The notes below the pieces were generated by a model. That model was not told the DNA's origin and made no database searches. It saw nothing but the letters and a program-made list of their open reading frames with translations. A stretch of 64,000 bases of DNA from Oscillatoria princeps RMCB-10 (GTDB lineage Bacteria; Cyanobacteriota; Cyanobacteriia; Cyanobacteriales; Oscillatoriaceae): NCBI GenBank assembly GCA_019359235.1, contig JAHHHT010000036.1, positions 24,245-88,244 of the forward strand. Direction: 5' to 3'. The position numbers and the translations under genes are program-made. Below, piece after piece: positions 1-10,187 of this stretch; position 1 is the stretch's first letter, and the number at the start of each line of letters is the position of its first letter.

Positions 1-797
1 AGCTCGCCAAATCGCTCAGCCGGCACCCCCCCCACAGCTTCCAGCACCCGATTATTTTCCGCAACCACATGACAAGCGCGACGCCGCAGCGGTTCGGGCA
101 ACCCTCCCACAGCTTCAACCTCTGCGATATCTCTGAGCGCCCTCACTCCCAGCAGACGCGCCGCCTCCTCACAGTCAGCGCGGCGCTCGTTGTAGCCGCT
201 CGCTGCTAGGGTGCGGGGTGCGCCGCTATCTATCACCGCAACTTCCGCGCCTCTCGGAAAAGGCACCACCCGGCATTCCAGCGTGCGGGTGTCGAGAAAT
301 AGCATGTGTTCGGTGTCGGCTAAGCTCGACGCCATCTGGTCCATAATGCCGCACTGCACGCCGGCATAGTGGATTTCTGCCTGCTGCGCTATCTGGGCGA
401 TTTGCACGTCATCGAGAGGCAGATTCAGCAGGGCTCGCAGTCCCCTGAGCGTGGCAACTTCCAGCGCCGCACTGCTAGACAAGCCCGAACCTATCGGCAC
501 CGAAGATTGGACGTAAAGATTCAGATGCGGTACAGTATAACCTTGCCGCTCTAACATCCGCACGCACCCCAATATATAACTCGCGAACCCAGACGGCTTG
601 TGCTCGCTTTCCAAAACAGTCACCTGTTCGTTTAACTGTTCCGAGTAGAAGTGGTGCAGGGCGTCGGCACTCAAACCCAGCCGCACGGTTGTGCGTTGGG
701 AAATCAGCAATCTCAGAAATCGGCTGTCTTTTGACTCTCTCGGCGAGAAACGCTCCTGCAGAGCCACTTCAAATTGCGGTATCTCCAGACCCGCAAT
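1..797 (-). CDS. galK: galactokinase-like GHMP kinase, partial (C-terminus beyond the window start); the N-terminus looks truncated
   Basis: The minus-strand translation reads ...SVPIGSGLSSSAALEVA...GVQCGIMDQ...SGYNERRADCEEA...ALRD. This contains the GHMP PxGSGLSSSAA motif plus galactokinase-type GIMDQ and G-YNxRRxxCE signatures. The reading frame is closed by an in-frame TAG at 798-800. There is no ATG before Met ~90, and the expected N-terminal GEHTDY motif is absent. Confidence 0.7.
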   Translation of the reverse strand, partial: MAGLEIPQFEVALQERFSPRESKDSRFLRLLISQRTTVRLGLSADALHHFYSEQLNEQVTVLESEHKPSGFASYILGCVRMLERQGYTVPHLNLYVQSSVPIGSGLSSSAALEVATLRGLRALLNLPLDDVQIAQIAQQAEIHYAGVQCGIMDQMASSLADTEHMLFLDTRTLECRVVPFPRGAEVAVIDSGAPRTLAASGYNERRADCEEAARLLGVRALRDIAEVEAVGGLPEPLRRRACHVVAENNRVLEAVGGVPAERFGE

Positions 798-848
798 CTA
801 GCAATGGCAAGGGGTTCAGAACACTAATAGAATTAACAGCAGGTACGC

Positions 849-1055
849 TCAGTGACTGAGAATGGGAGTTAACTGCTGGAGTTTGGTGCCAAGCCAATTA
901 TAGCCCTTCGCTACGCACTGGGGACAGAGTTCCCCGTAGCTTTCACCCCTATCGTTGCAGACAATCAGTCTCGCTTTCCTCATCTGAAACAGCTCCTGGC
1001 ACAGCAAGCATGTTTCTTGATTAAAGCTGCCGTTACACTCAATCTGTAATTGCAT
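849..1055 (-). CDS. small Cys-rich hypothetical protein (zinc-ribbon-like, C-x8-C-x2-C ... C-x10-C-x2-C)
   Basis: 68-aa ORF with six Cys arranged as CxxC-like pairs (CLLCQE, CPQC). No homology is recognised, so the call is tentative. Confidence 0.3.
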   Translation of the reverse strand: MQLQIECNGSFNQETCLLCQELFQMRKARLIVCNDRGESYGELCPQCVAKGYNWLGTKLQQLTPILSH

Positions 1056-2106
1056 ATATTCTTCTCATTTTTCCAAAAATTGCGCTATTTGTTTGGAGCG
1101 TTTAACTGCCTTAATAAAACCTTAAAAAGCCTGAATATCTCACCATTTACTGGGCGGCTGCACTGATAAGAAGGGATAGTCTTGAACTCTGGATCTGTTA
1201 ACTTGTCCGTTCGATAAAGCTTAGAAATAGTCCAGACTTTAGATCCACGAGTAACTTTCCATTTTCGCATACTGAAAAGCAGAATGGAGGGGCATTCCCA
1301 TCCCTTTCAATTCCATCCTTGACCGCCAGCTAGAACTCCGCTCCCGGTTAGAAAGCTCGTCTCCTGTCGTCTAGATGACATGTTCGGAACGTTCTTTAGC
1401 CAGCTGGTATAGTTCAGGAGGGAACTCTGCCGTTGCCGGTCGGAGGAAGTATTGGAGGTGAGAGGAGTGCGAGAGCCGGTGCGGATGTAGCGCAATCCAA
1501 AGCGCCTTAATCAGTTTAAGTCAGCCGTTCAGAATCCAAGTGGCAAATTTTTGAAATTCACCATCTTTTACAGGCTAGTTTATCACGGTTTCTTTCTCTA
1601 TCCTTCTACCTTTGGGAATGATTTAGTGTTAAGCAGGGGTGTGATAATTAATACAAAAATACCTGAGAAGCGGTCGGTGGCGGCGATGGAGTGCCGGTGG
1701 TGGAAGCTATTTGTCCCTTCACTCTTCCTGAAGACGTAAACCCGGAGGTTATTGTCTCCTACCATTGGTCTGTGCAGTGCTATCTCTGTCAGATCAGTAA
1801 CAAAAATCCCTGGCCGGCAGGTGGCTGACCGGCACATCAAAAGGATGAAACTGTAGGGGCAATCCCCCCGTGGAGCTCCCCTGCACTTCTGAGGGGGCAG
1901 GCACGGGGGCCTGCCCCTACAGACACTTTACCCTCGTTCCCAGCTCATGCTGGGAAAGAGGCTCGGTCGGCTGTGCCTCCTTTGTCCAACCAGCAGATTA
2001 AAAGCCTGACAGCTTAGCAATCAATCAACCGTAAATTTTATGAGAGGGGCGAGGGGTCTAACCCACACACCGGCTCAGGCCAGTGTCCCGCTACTCGACG
2101 AACTCT

Positions 2107-3471
2107 TCAATTATAGGAACTCAAAGCTGCCTTTCGACTTTCAAAAAGTTGCAGCACTCCTGAGACGATCGTCTCCACCACACGAGCGTCGCACTCGGAG
2201 AGAAATTCTTCCGACGAAATCGTTCCTGCAAAAAAGTCCTTGGCCGGCTTCAGCAGATTCCTCACCGAGTTAAACCCGATAGATTTGATGATAAAAGTAG
2301 TAGTAGGTGAATTTTTAATATCGTAAGTGGATTCCCGGATTCTGCCCTTTGACAGCAGCTCTAACACTTCGCTTTCCAAGGCATTTGCCAGCTGGTGTCC
2401 GTTCGCTATATCGGGCAGAAGGCGTTCCAACGCTGCGACCTTTCCGCCGGAACCCGGCAGCTCTCCCATCATCGTTGAAAGGGGGATATCCCGTCCCATC
2501 CGATACGAAAGCGCCTCCAGTATCGCGATCGCGACCAGCTTGCTCCCCAAATACAGCTTCGCCACTTCTATGTTCTTTTTCGTTCGCGCCACCAGCCTTT
2601 CGTAAGTCGCATCATCCGGCTCCCCCATGAACTGCTGGAACACCAATTCAGGTTTGAGGAAGTTCATAAACCCTTCCATCTTTTGCAGCGACCTGCGGAA
2701 GTCACGAACCGTGTAAGAATTGGTATTTAACAGCTCGTGGTTGGTTTCGGGCAGCAGATTCCAGGTATTGTCCAAAAAATCCGCCGAAATGGCGCAGGCA
2801 AAATTTTCTACGTCCCGGTTCGCTAATCGCACTGAGCGCTTCACCGCCGCACAGATTTGGGCATCTGTCCAGCCAAAGTCGAACTGCTGGTTCGCTGAGG
2901 TCAAGCGCTGGTACAGCGTGTCGCAAGCGGTCAAACCGGACGGTAGCGCGGGACGGAAGGGAATCGTGGCTTCGATACAGGCGGCTATCTGAGCGATGAT
3001 ATCAGGCTTGAGAAAAGGCTCTAGGGACTTCGCAGCAATCACAGCGCTGAGAAATTCGTTTTGCCCTGCGAATGGAGAGAGGGTAAGACCTGCAGCAAAC
3101 CCAAAGACCGCCGCCACAATCTCGAACATGAGGTCTTTTGGCAGTGCGGCGGCGTCTCGAATCACCAGCTGTCCGCGCACCTCCTTGACAAAAGGAGCGA
3201 TGTAACTGCCGATGTTGAGACTCACGCCCTGATCGACTTGCACGTACACGAGGTCGTGAAACAAAGCCGCCAAGACTTCTATGGCATCTTTTGACCCGCC
3301 GACCTCGAAAATGTGATCCGGAGTGTGAAAATAGCGCCACGGGCCAGTCATTGTTTGGATAATCAGCTCAGCCGTCGTCTCCAGTTGAGCCGGCTCGACT
3401 TGACCCTGTAGCTGCTTGATGGCCCACACCAAACTGTCCAAGCACCGTTGGCGATCGGCTTCCAAATCCAC
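2107..3471 (-). CDS. conserved hypothetical protein, possible HD-domain phosphohydrolase fold
   Basis: 454-aa ORF with coherent amino-acid composition. YFHTPDHIFEV ... AALFHDLVYV resembles an H...HD metal-binding motif. No closer assignment is possible. Confidence 0.7.
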   Translation of the reverse strand: MDLEADRQRCLDSLVWAIKQLQGQVEPAQLETTAELIIQTMTGPWRYFHTPDHIFEVGGSKDAIEVLAALFHDLVYVQVDQGVSLNIGSYIAPFVKEVRGQLVIRDAAALPKDLMFEIVAAVFGFAAGLTLSPFAGQNEFLSAVIAAKSLEPFLKPDIIAQIAACIEATIPFRPALPSGLTACDTLYQRLTSANQQFDFGWTDAQICAAVKRSVRLANRDVENFACAISADFLDNTWNLLPETNHELLNTNSYTVRDFRRSLQKMEGFMNFLKPELVFQQFMGEPDDATYERLVARTKKNIEVAKLYLGSKLVAIAILEALSYRMGRDIPLSTMMGELPGSGGKVAALERLLPDIANGHQLANALESEVLELLSKGRIRESTYDIKNSPTTTFIIKSIGFNSVRNLLKPAKDFFAGTISSEEFLSECDARVVETIVSGVLQLFESRKAALSSYN

Positions 3472-3859
3472 CGCAAGACCTCCCTTATTCCCTGATTCTT
3501 CCTTCTGTTTTGTAGCATAGTATCAAAGCAATGTCTAAAAATTCCATATCTCGCGGCCCCGCGCACCCTCCTTTCCGGCTCAAGTCCGACCATTGGCCAG
3601 CATTGCCATCTCTGAACACCCCCTCGCTCTTTGCGGTAACTCCTCAAACAGAAGCCCGAACTGTAGCCACCGCCAGCTGCTCTCCCCTGCTGTGGCTTCT
3701 TGCCGGCCCGACTGAGGATATCACTTTCGGTTAATTCCCCCTAATTAATTTCTCTCCCCGCTCCCGCAGCGTAACGCTCCAGCGCCCACCGAAATAACAA
3801 GTATTCAACCGAAATTAATATCAGCCGCACCCCCGCCGGCAGTGGCCAGCCGAACTCTA

Positions 3860-4421
3860 CTATTTCGTAACCTCCGGTGCAAACGCTGGCGTTGCTTGCA
3901 AAACCTCTGCAGCAATCTCATGTCCGGTGTCAAATTCAAGGTACTTGACCGCCACCCCCAGAGCCATTAAACTGTCCCGCGCCTGGTGAGCGGCGCTAAC
4001 GGAACAGTGTCTCGAATGCCTGTGCGGGAGCAAAACAGGTGGAACAGTTTTGCTTGCGGCGAGTTTTGGCGATCGAGTGCCAGTAGCCACTCAGACACAC
4101 CAACCCAGCCAAAGGCAATCTCAATCCCACACCCTTGCGCCATCGCCCCACCCTGAGAAAACCCCATCAAAACTGTGCGAGACAGGGGAGTGCCGGCAGC
4201 ATTCAGCTGTTTTCTAGCCTGTCTTGCTGCTCCCACCCGATATAGAAGTGGTGCAGCAAGTCAGTCGTCTCGCGCTCCGCCGGCATGACAGCCGGCTCAA
4301 CGAAATCCCGCACCAGCAGGTAAGGTTCTCGGCGCTTGATTTCTAACGCCGCAAAGCAGGCTCTGGGTTTAGCTTGCTTTTCGATGGCAGAGGATTTGCT
4401 CAGCGTCAGGGATTGCACCAC
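3860..4421 (-). pseudogene. alpha/beta-hydrolase (phospholipase/carboxylesterase family) gene split over three reading frames
   Basis: Three consecutive minus-strand ORF pieces (4421-4203, 4236-3967, 4090-3860) lie in different frames. The middle piece carries the nucleophile elbow LMGFSQGGAMA (G-F-S-Q-G-G). The last piece carries a C-terminal ...YLEFDTGHEIAAEVLQ segment typical of the catalytic His region of PF02230-type esterases. Confidence 0.5.
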
Positions 4422-4797
4422 AATACACTCTATCGAATCTGGGTAGTCGCGCTTGAGCGCGGTTTACAGACGAGACTTCCGCTCTCGAAAATGACTTCAC
4501 CCAAGCTTCTGAGATCAGGATGACAGCAGCCGGTAAAACTTGCCGCCCCCATTGCCGGTGGAACTCAGCGCCAACATTGATTAATATCTGCCGCCTGCCA
4601 GATGACCGGTTAAACTCTCTGTCGGGCGACAGAGGAAACATTTGCAATTTTTTGGTAGAATCCCAGACTTTAAAAATCGGGTGAATATTGCTGGGTTTTT
4701 CGTCCTGGCAAAAGTCTTTCAGCAGGTCGATCTCACTCCTGATTAGAGAGAGCAGCTCGGCATCGGTGACCGTCGAATTGTTAATGTTTTCTAGCAT
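4369..4797 (-). CDS. hypothetical protein (N-terminal 65 aa plausible, C-terminal part looks out of frame)
   Basis: 142-aa ORF whose 3' half overlaps the hydrolase-pseudogene region and has an Arg/Gln-rich junk-like composition. It is possibly the N-terminal part of the same decayed gene. Confidence 0.3.
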   Translation of the reverse strand: MLENINNSTVTDAELLSLIRSEIDLLKDFCQDEKPSNIHPIFKVWDSTKKLQMFPLSPDREFNRSSGRRQILINVGAEFHRQWGRQVLPAAVILISEAWVKSFSRAEVSSVNRAQARLPRFDRVYCGAIPDAEQILCHRKAS

Positions 4798-4809
4798 AAC
4801 CGGCTCCCT

Positions 4810-6363
4810 TTACTGCACCCAGTGTTTTGCTCTCTCAACCGCTTGACGCCACACGGCGAAATTCGCCTGCGCCAGGGAAGCGCCGTCTCCTGGCTGGAAA
4901 ATCCGGTCAATCTGGCGGCGGGCGATTAGGGCGGAATAGTCTTGCCAAAAACCAGCCGCTAAGCCCGCCGCAAAGGCGGCTCCCTGTGCCGAGGCATCTT
5001 TAACGACTGGACGCTCAACGGGTATTCCCAAAACATCCGCCTGAAACTGCATCAAAAAATCATTCGGGCAGGCTCCTCCGTCCACCTTCAGCAAGGCGAT
5101 ATCGGTGCCGGTATCGCGGTTAATCGCCTCTACGACTTCCTTCACCTGGTATGCGATCGCCTCCAGCACGGCTCGCACCACGTGTTCCCGCCGCACGGAG
5201 CCGGTGAGCCCGAAAAATGCCCCCCGCGCACTCATGTCCCAGTGGGGCGCACCCAAACCGCTGAAGGCGGGGACAAAATAAACGCCGCCGGTGTCAGCCA
5301 CCCGCTGCGCCATCTGTTCGGTATCAGCCGCCGCCGCAATCAGCTGAATGCCATCCCGCAACCACTGCACGCAGGCTCCTGTTGTGAAAATGCTGCCTTC
5401 TATGGCATAGCCGGCTCGCACCGCACCGCTCTCAGCCGCCTGTGTCCAGGCAATGGTGGAGAGGAGCTGGTGGCGAGAGCGCTGCAAGGTATCGCCGGTG
5501 TGAGCGACCAGAAAGCAGCCAGTTCCGTATGTACACTTCAGCAAGCCGGGGCGGTCGCAGCCGTGAGCGAACAGCGAAGCCTGCTGATCTCCCAGGATAG
5601 CAGTCACCGGCACCGGCACGCCCAGCAATTCTGGCTCAGTGCTGCCAAAGAACCCCAAACTCGGCTGAATAGAAGGCATCATAAAAGCGGGAATCCCAAA
5701 AAGCTCCAGGAGTGACGCATCCCACTCTCGCGAAGCCAGATTCATCAGCATCGTGCGGCTGGCGTTGCTGCAATCGGTGGCGTGCACAGCCCCGCCGGTC
5801 AGCTTCCAGAGAATCCAGGTGTCAATGGTGCCGGCTAGGACATTATCCAGATCCGCCGGGGAGTCTTGCTTCTGGAGATACTCCAGCAACCAAGCGAGTT
5901 TCGTGGCAGAAAAGTAGGCGTCGAGCACTAAGCCGGTGCGCTCCGAGATGTCTGGGGCGCAACCGCGCTCGGTTAATTGATGGCACAGGGGGGCGGTGCG
6001 CCGGTCTTGCCAAACGATTGCATTGTGCAGGGGTCGCCCTGTGGTTTTGTCCCACAGCAGGCAGGTTTCTCGCTGCACCGAGAGCCCAATCGCCGCCACC
6101 TCCGCTGCAGCTATCCCCGCTTTCTGCAAAGCAGTCCGCATCGCCCAACAGGTGTCGCGCCAAATTTCTTCGGGATCGTGCTCTAGCCAGCCGGGCTGGG
6201 GGTAATATTGAGTCAGTTCTCTGTAAGCAGAGCTGACCGTCCTCCCTTCCGCATTGAACAGCATCGCCCGGTTGCCGGTGGTGCCGAGGTCTAGAGCGAG
6301 AATGTAGCCTTGAGTAAATCCACTCATCGTCCGAGCAGCGTCAGTTATTAGTTGCTCTACCAT
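4810..6363 (-). CDS. glpK: glycerol kinase
   Basis: 517 aa; FGGY kinase N-terminus ALDLGTTGNRAML, PGWLEHDPEEIW and NAIVWQDRRTA are near-identical to the E. coli GlpK motifs PGWVEHDPMEIW and NAIVWQCRRTA. The likely start is Met13 (MSGFTQGYILALD). Confidence 0.95.
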   Translation of the reverse strand: MVEQLITDAARTMSGFTQGYILALDLGTTGNRAMLFNAEGRTVSSAYRELTQYYPQPGWLEHDPEEIWRDTCWAMRTALQKAGIAAAEVAAIGLSVQRETCLLWDKTTGRPLHNAIVWQDRRTAPLCHQLTERGCAPDISERTGLVLDAYFSATKLAWLLEYLQKQDSPADLDNVLAGTIDTWILWKLTGGAVHATDCSNASRTMLMNLASREWDASLLELFGIPAFMMPSIQPSLGFFGSTEPELLGVPVPVTAILGDQQASLFAHGCDRPGLLKCTYGTGCFLVAHTGDTLQRSRHQLLSTIAWTQAAESGAVRAGYAIEGSIFTTGACVQWLRDGIQLIAAAADTEQMAQRVADTGGVYFVPAFSGLGAPHWDMSARGAFFGLTGSVRREHVVRAVLEAIAYQVKEVVEAINRDTGTDIALLKVDGGACPNDFLMQFQADVLGIPVERPVVKDASAQGAAFAAGLAAGFWQDYSALIARRQIDRIFQPGDGASLAQANFAVWRQAVERAKHWVQ

Positions 6364-6424
6364 TGTGCCGGTGGGAGTGTGCTTAGAGGGTGTTTATAAA
6401 GTAATTGTTAAGCCTGAGTGGGGG

Positions 6425-6496
6425 CCAGAAACCGGGGTTCTTCTGTAGGAAAGCATAATTTTCCCGCTTCCCCACCACAAGAAACCCGGTTTCTTC
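6425..6496. repeat. two copies of the palindromic GAAACCCGGTTTC (AGAAACCSGGKTTCT) hairpin repeat
   Basis: Perfect palindromes lie between the hspA 3' end and the glpK start. The same element recurs at 14772-14866, 25658-25692, 29177-29262, 37921-37954 and 48644-48720. Confidence 0.8.
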
Positions 6497-6550
6497 TGAC
6501 TTCACCCACTCCTTCCCCGCCCCCCTGGGAACGAAAAAAACCCCCCTCTC

Positions 6551-6590
6551 CCTTGGCGCTCTTGGCCTCTTGGCGGTTCGTTCGCTCAAA
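6551..6590. repeat. CTTGGCG heptamer tandem repeat (STRR-like)
   Basis: cttggcgctcttggcctcttggcggtt. The same heptamer array occurs at 8121-8185, 29291-29330, 38240-38282, 50769-50830 (reverse complement), 52900-52945 and 54140-54170. Confidence 0.75.
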
Positions 6591-6718
6591 AAATTATCCG
6601 CGAGCGCAGTTTCACCGGCTGCGCTCGCGGTTGTGCTCTCGTCTCAGGCAGAGACGCACGCTCCGTCACGTCTCTACCGGCTTTTTTAGGAGGAATGCAC
6701 CCAAACTCACGGAATTGC

Positions 6719-7285
6719 TCAGGATGCCGGAGCGGGCTCAGAGGCAGGAGTGGGTTCAGTGTGACTCACGTCAGGAGCGTGTTGCTTGACTCCTTGGCTC
6801 TGAGCTTCTAGAGTCGGCGAAACTTCTGCCCCAGGGATTGCGCCAGAGCTTTCACCGAAATTAATCCTCACCACTCGGCGCTGCGCTTCTTGCACCTTAG
6901 GCAGCCTCAGCGTCAAGATGCCATTCTTGTAATCGGCTTCCACCCGCTCGTTCTGAACCGGCACAGGAAGAGAAATCGTCCGCTCAAATTTCCCGTAACG
7001 GAATTCCGACCGGAAATAACCTTTTTCTTCCGCCTTGTGTTCGGATCGGTGCTCGCCGGCAATATAAACGGCGTCCCGAGTGACTCGGATATCCAAATCC
7101 TTCGCTTCCATACCGGGGATTTGCGCCCGCAGGAAGAGCTGGTCATCCGTATCTTGAAGTTCAACCGCAGGGGCCCAAGTCATCTCGTACTCCCGCCTGC
7201 CGCCTGACAGTTCCTCAAACAGTTCGTCAAACTGACGGCGTAACGTTTCTATTTCACTGAATGGTTGCCAACGTATTAATGCCAT
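6719..7285 (-). CDS. hspA: Hsp20/alpha-crystallin family small heat-shock protein with C-terminal Pro/Ala/Ser-rich tail
   Basis: 188 aa; N-terminal MALIRWQPFSEIETLRRQFDELF, alpha-crystallin core WAPAVELQDTDD...GILTLRLPK. Confidence 0.9.
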   Translation of the reverse strand: MALIRWQPFSEIETLRRQFDELFEELSGGRREYEMTWAPAVELQDTDDQLFLRAQIPGMEAKDLDIRVTRDAVYIAGEHRSEHKAEEKGYFRSEFRYGKFERTISLPVPVQNERVEADYKNGILTLRLPKVQEAQRRVVRINFGESSGAIPGAEVSPTLEAQSQGVKQHAPDVSHTEPTPASEPAPAS

Positions 7286-8032
7286 ACGTTCAGTTCCCTC
7301 CGTTACAGTTTATGGGTTCTCAATCTTTCAGGATTGCAGCAGTCTATCAGCTTACAGCCTATTTGGCTGTAAGCTCAATTTCGAGAAACCAATCGACCGG
7401 ACGCAAGAAAACCAGTTCAGCTGTGAGAGTGGCTGCAGAGAACTCACGGATCAGCGTTGCTGAGATGAGCGCTACTGGTTTCCTCGCTCACAATTTCATT
7501 ATGTCTCGCTGCACAGTGCATTCAGTGGGGGAAACCCTACTGTGTCAGTGGTATTGCCCGCACCTTTTGTGAGAGACACTTCCGGCGGCGGCTTGACGCA
7601 AATCTCGGGCTATTGTTGGGTTAGGCAAAGCGGAAACTTTTGCCGGAGTCTCAGCTTATCGCACCCGTTTCGATAAGCCAGACAGCCCTTGTGCGGGGTG
7701 AGTTGCGCCGCAACGCAACCAGCAGTGCGGGGAATATTTCTTGGGAGTTTAATCTGTTCAGTCGTCTGCTGCGCGAAAATAAAGGAACAGCTTGCCGGCA
7801 GCCAGAAGCCCGGTTTTCCCCCCCGCTAGCTGCTTCATATTTTTTGCGACATCTTGCTAACTTGCTTGACCGGCCTTTTTCAGTGCCGGCCTGGGAAGCA
7901 TTTCTGAGATAAAATACAGGCAAGGAATCCAGCAGCAGCGCGTTGCCTGCCGAGCCGGTTTGGTCGATTTAGCCCTTGAACTTGATTCAAAGAAGTGCCG
8001 CCAGAGCGAACAAAAGTAGGGGCGGGCTCACT

Positions 8033-8690
8033 ATAAATCTCTCGGAAAAGCCGAGAATTTTTATAAACCCGCCCCTGCTCTAGCAGTTCTAAATGATTTG
8101 TGCGAGTCTCTCTTTTCTTTGCTTGGCGCTCTACCCAAGGGGCGAGCCGCTAGCGCGTCTATGGCGTCTTGGCGGTTTATTAAAAAAAATAATACTCACT
8201 AGCAATCTCTCGGAGAAGCCGGGGAGATTTACAAACCGGCCCCTACCACAAGGGTTCACCCCGAGGGGCGGGTTAGCTAGCAATGTGTCGGGGAAGCTGA
8301 GGAGATTTATAGCAGTGGACAGCTCAGTAATGGACAAGGCCGGAACGCTGCCCTTACAAAGCCGCTGTAAGCGCTCCGCACTTCCGTAGATTGGAACAAC
8401 CAAGATGCCTGTCCTGCGAGGTATATCCGCAGCCAGTTAGGTTAGGACGTAGGACAGGCGTCTCGCCTGTCCCTATCCCTACTAGCAAGTGAGATGCCCT
8501 GTCCTTAACTGACTGTCCCTTGCTATATATCCGCAGGGACTGCGTTTGGCCTGCCCTCAATGTCTAATGTCCTAACCAATTTGGCTAGTGCTATATAAAC
8601 CGGCCCCTGCCACAAGGGTTCGCCCGCAGGGGCCGGTTCGCGAGAAATCTCTCGGGGAAGCGGAGGAGATTGATCAACCCGCCCCTACAG
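8033..8690. repeat. cluster of three copies of a composite hairpin repeat (AAATCTCTCGGrGAAGCsGrGGAGATT + ATAAACCsGCCCCTrC)
   Basis: Copies lie at 8033-8088, 8203-8325 and 8590-8690. Each carries two perfect inverted repeats, for example aaccggcccctgccacaagggttcgcccgcaggggccggtt. Related ATAAACCCGCCCC elements lie at 56740-56830 and 58985-59140. Confidence 0.7.
8436..8520. repeat. GGACAGGCGAGACGCCTGTCC-type palindromic repeat
   Basis: ggacaggcgtctcgcctgtccctatccctactagcaagtgagatgccctgtcc. Copies lie at 32283-32330, 38100-38200, 43900-43985 and 51838-51985. A derivative lies inside a coding sequence at about 40290-40350. Confidence 0.75.
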
Positions 8691-10187
8691 CTAGTGGCTG
8701 GACTTTTCTCCTAATTTGGGCGTCCTCGGAGTCAGGAGGCCATCTTTTAGGGCAGCTTTTGCTTTGTCCTTCTGGAGTTGAGCCGGCAGAGAAACGACAG
8801 GTTGGAACTGGTCGCAACGGACTTCAGAGCGCCAGTCGCCTCGCTGTGGCGGCCCAGCTGTGATGGGGGAAGAGGGATTTATTTTATAGCTTATCTGGAA
8901 TTCAATAATTTTAGTAAATCTAAAAATTGCCAGGGGGAGAAAGCCGAACGTGGAGCGGCAGTATGAACCGCCCTGCCGAACGCAGCAGCCGGGTGGCTCG
9001 CTCTGTGCTGAGATGCGAAAAATCCCAGAGGAGTCACAAGAAACCAGGTTTGTGGGGGTGGCTCAAAGGAGTCAGCTGGGTTGTGGACAAGCAGAGAGCC
9101 GGCAGGCACGCCGGTTCTGGCAAACTTGGAGAGCCGTGCGCCTGCCGCCTGAGGGCGGTGGGGAGGGATGGGGCCTGTAGCAAGTGAATTTGCGCAAAGC
9201 CCGGGGCTTGCCTTTCTGTGATTTTTGCCAGAAAATATTGCAGCCGGCCATCCCAACCTTTTTACAGGCTGCTGGCCGGCTAGACAGTTTTAAAGAGCAA
9301 ATCCGTTAGTTGCTGTTGATTGCCGTCTCTGCTGGCAGACGACCGGCTTTCTTCAGATTGGCACGATTGCTTGACTTTTTGCACTTTTTGCCCATTGCCG
9401 CCGGCAGCATCTCATGCGGCGGCAGCCGCTTGTGGCAAGCTGGCACAATCGTATAGAGCGGTTCTCAGTTGCACAAACCGCCGGGAAAGAAACTTAACCC
9501 CCCTAGCAAAAGCAGTTGCTCCCCTCCCCTTGAAGGGGAGGGGTTGGGGGAGAGGTCAATCTGTACCGCATCACACTAAAAATCCCTGTATGCAGCAGCT
9601 GCCTTTCAGCTGATGCCCGCAATCAGCCCGAGAAAACTTCACTTCACACCGGCTGAAAGCCAGAACAGCCGAGCTTGGAAAAAGCCGGCGCTCCGCACCT
9701 GTAATGCCGCGTTCATAAAAGAGTTGTTTGCCGCACTCTGTGCGAGTGCGGCTGTGCGCGGATAGCGCCCAAGGCAATACGGGTGAGAGAAAGCATCGGG
9801 TGTGCGGTTGAACAAACCGCCAGTATAGCAGAGAGAAGAGCGGATTCGGCATCTTTCTTCATGCGAGCTTCCGCCCACAGAACTAGCGCTCCTCTCTGAC
9901 CAGAAAGGTTTGATGTCGTTTGATGCCGCCAGAGGTGTGCCCAACTTTTCGGTTGGCGACACACTCCGGCCATCCTCCGCGCTCGCCGCCTGAACTTCTA
10001 GGGAACCGGGCTGACATCTGCAAGTGAGAATTGTCGCGGTTCCCTGACAGAGAGTTGCAATGGTTTAGAGGGCCCGTCTGAAAGCGGGGTGGGGGGAATT
10101 TTTTCATCTGTCTTCCTCCCGGTCGCCCCCCCTGACAGGCCATCGCCTTAACGGGAAAGGAAAGGGAAGGCAAGGCTCGGGCGCTTC

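Noticed and set aside
369-554. 61-aa plus-strand ORF
   Set aside because: It lies antisense within the galactokinase-like coding region.
5182-6236. 177-aa and 174-aa plus-strand ORFs
   Set aside because: They are antisense to glpK, a strongly supported gene. They are GC-rich shadow ORFs with Arg/Ala/Pro-rich composition.
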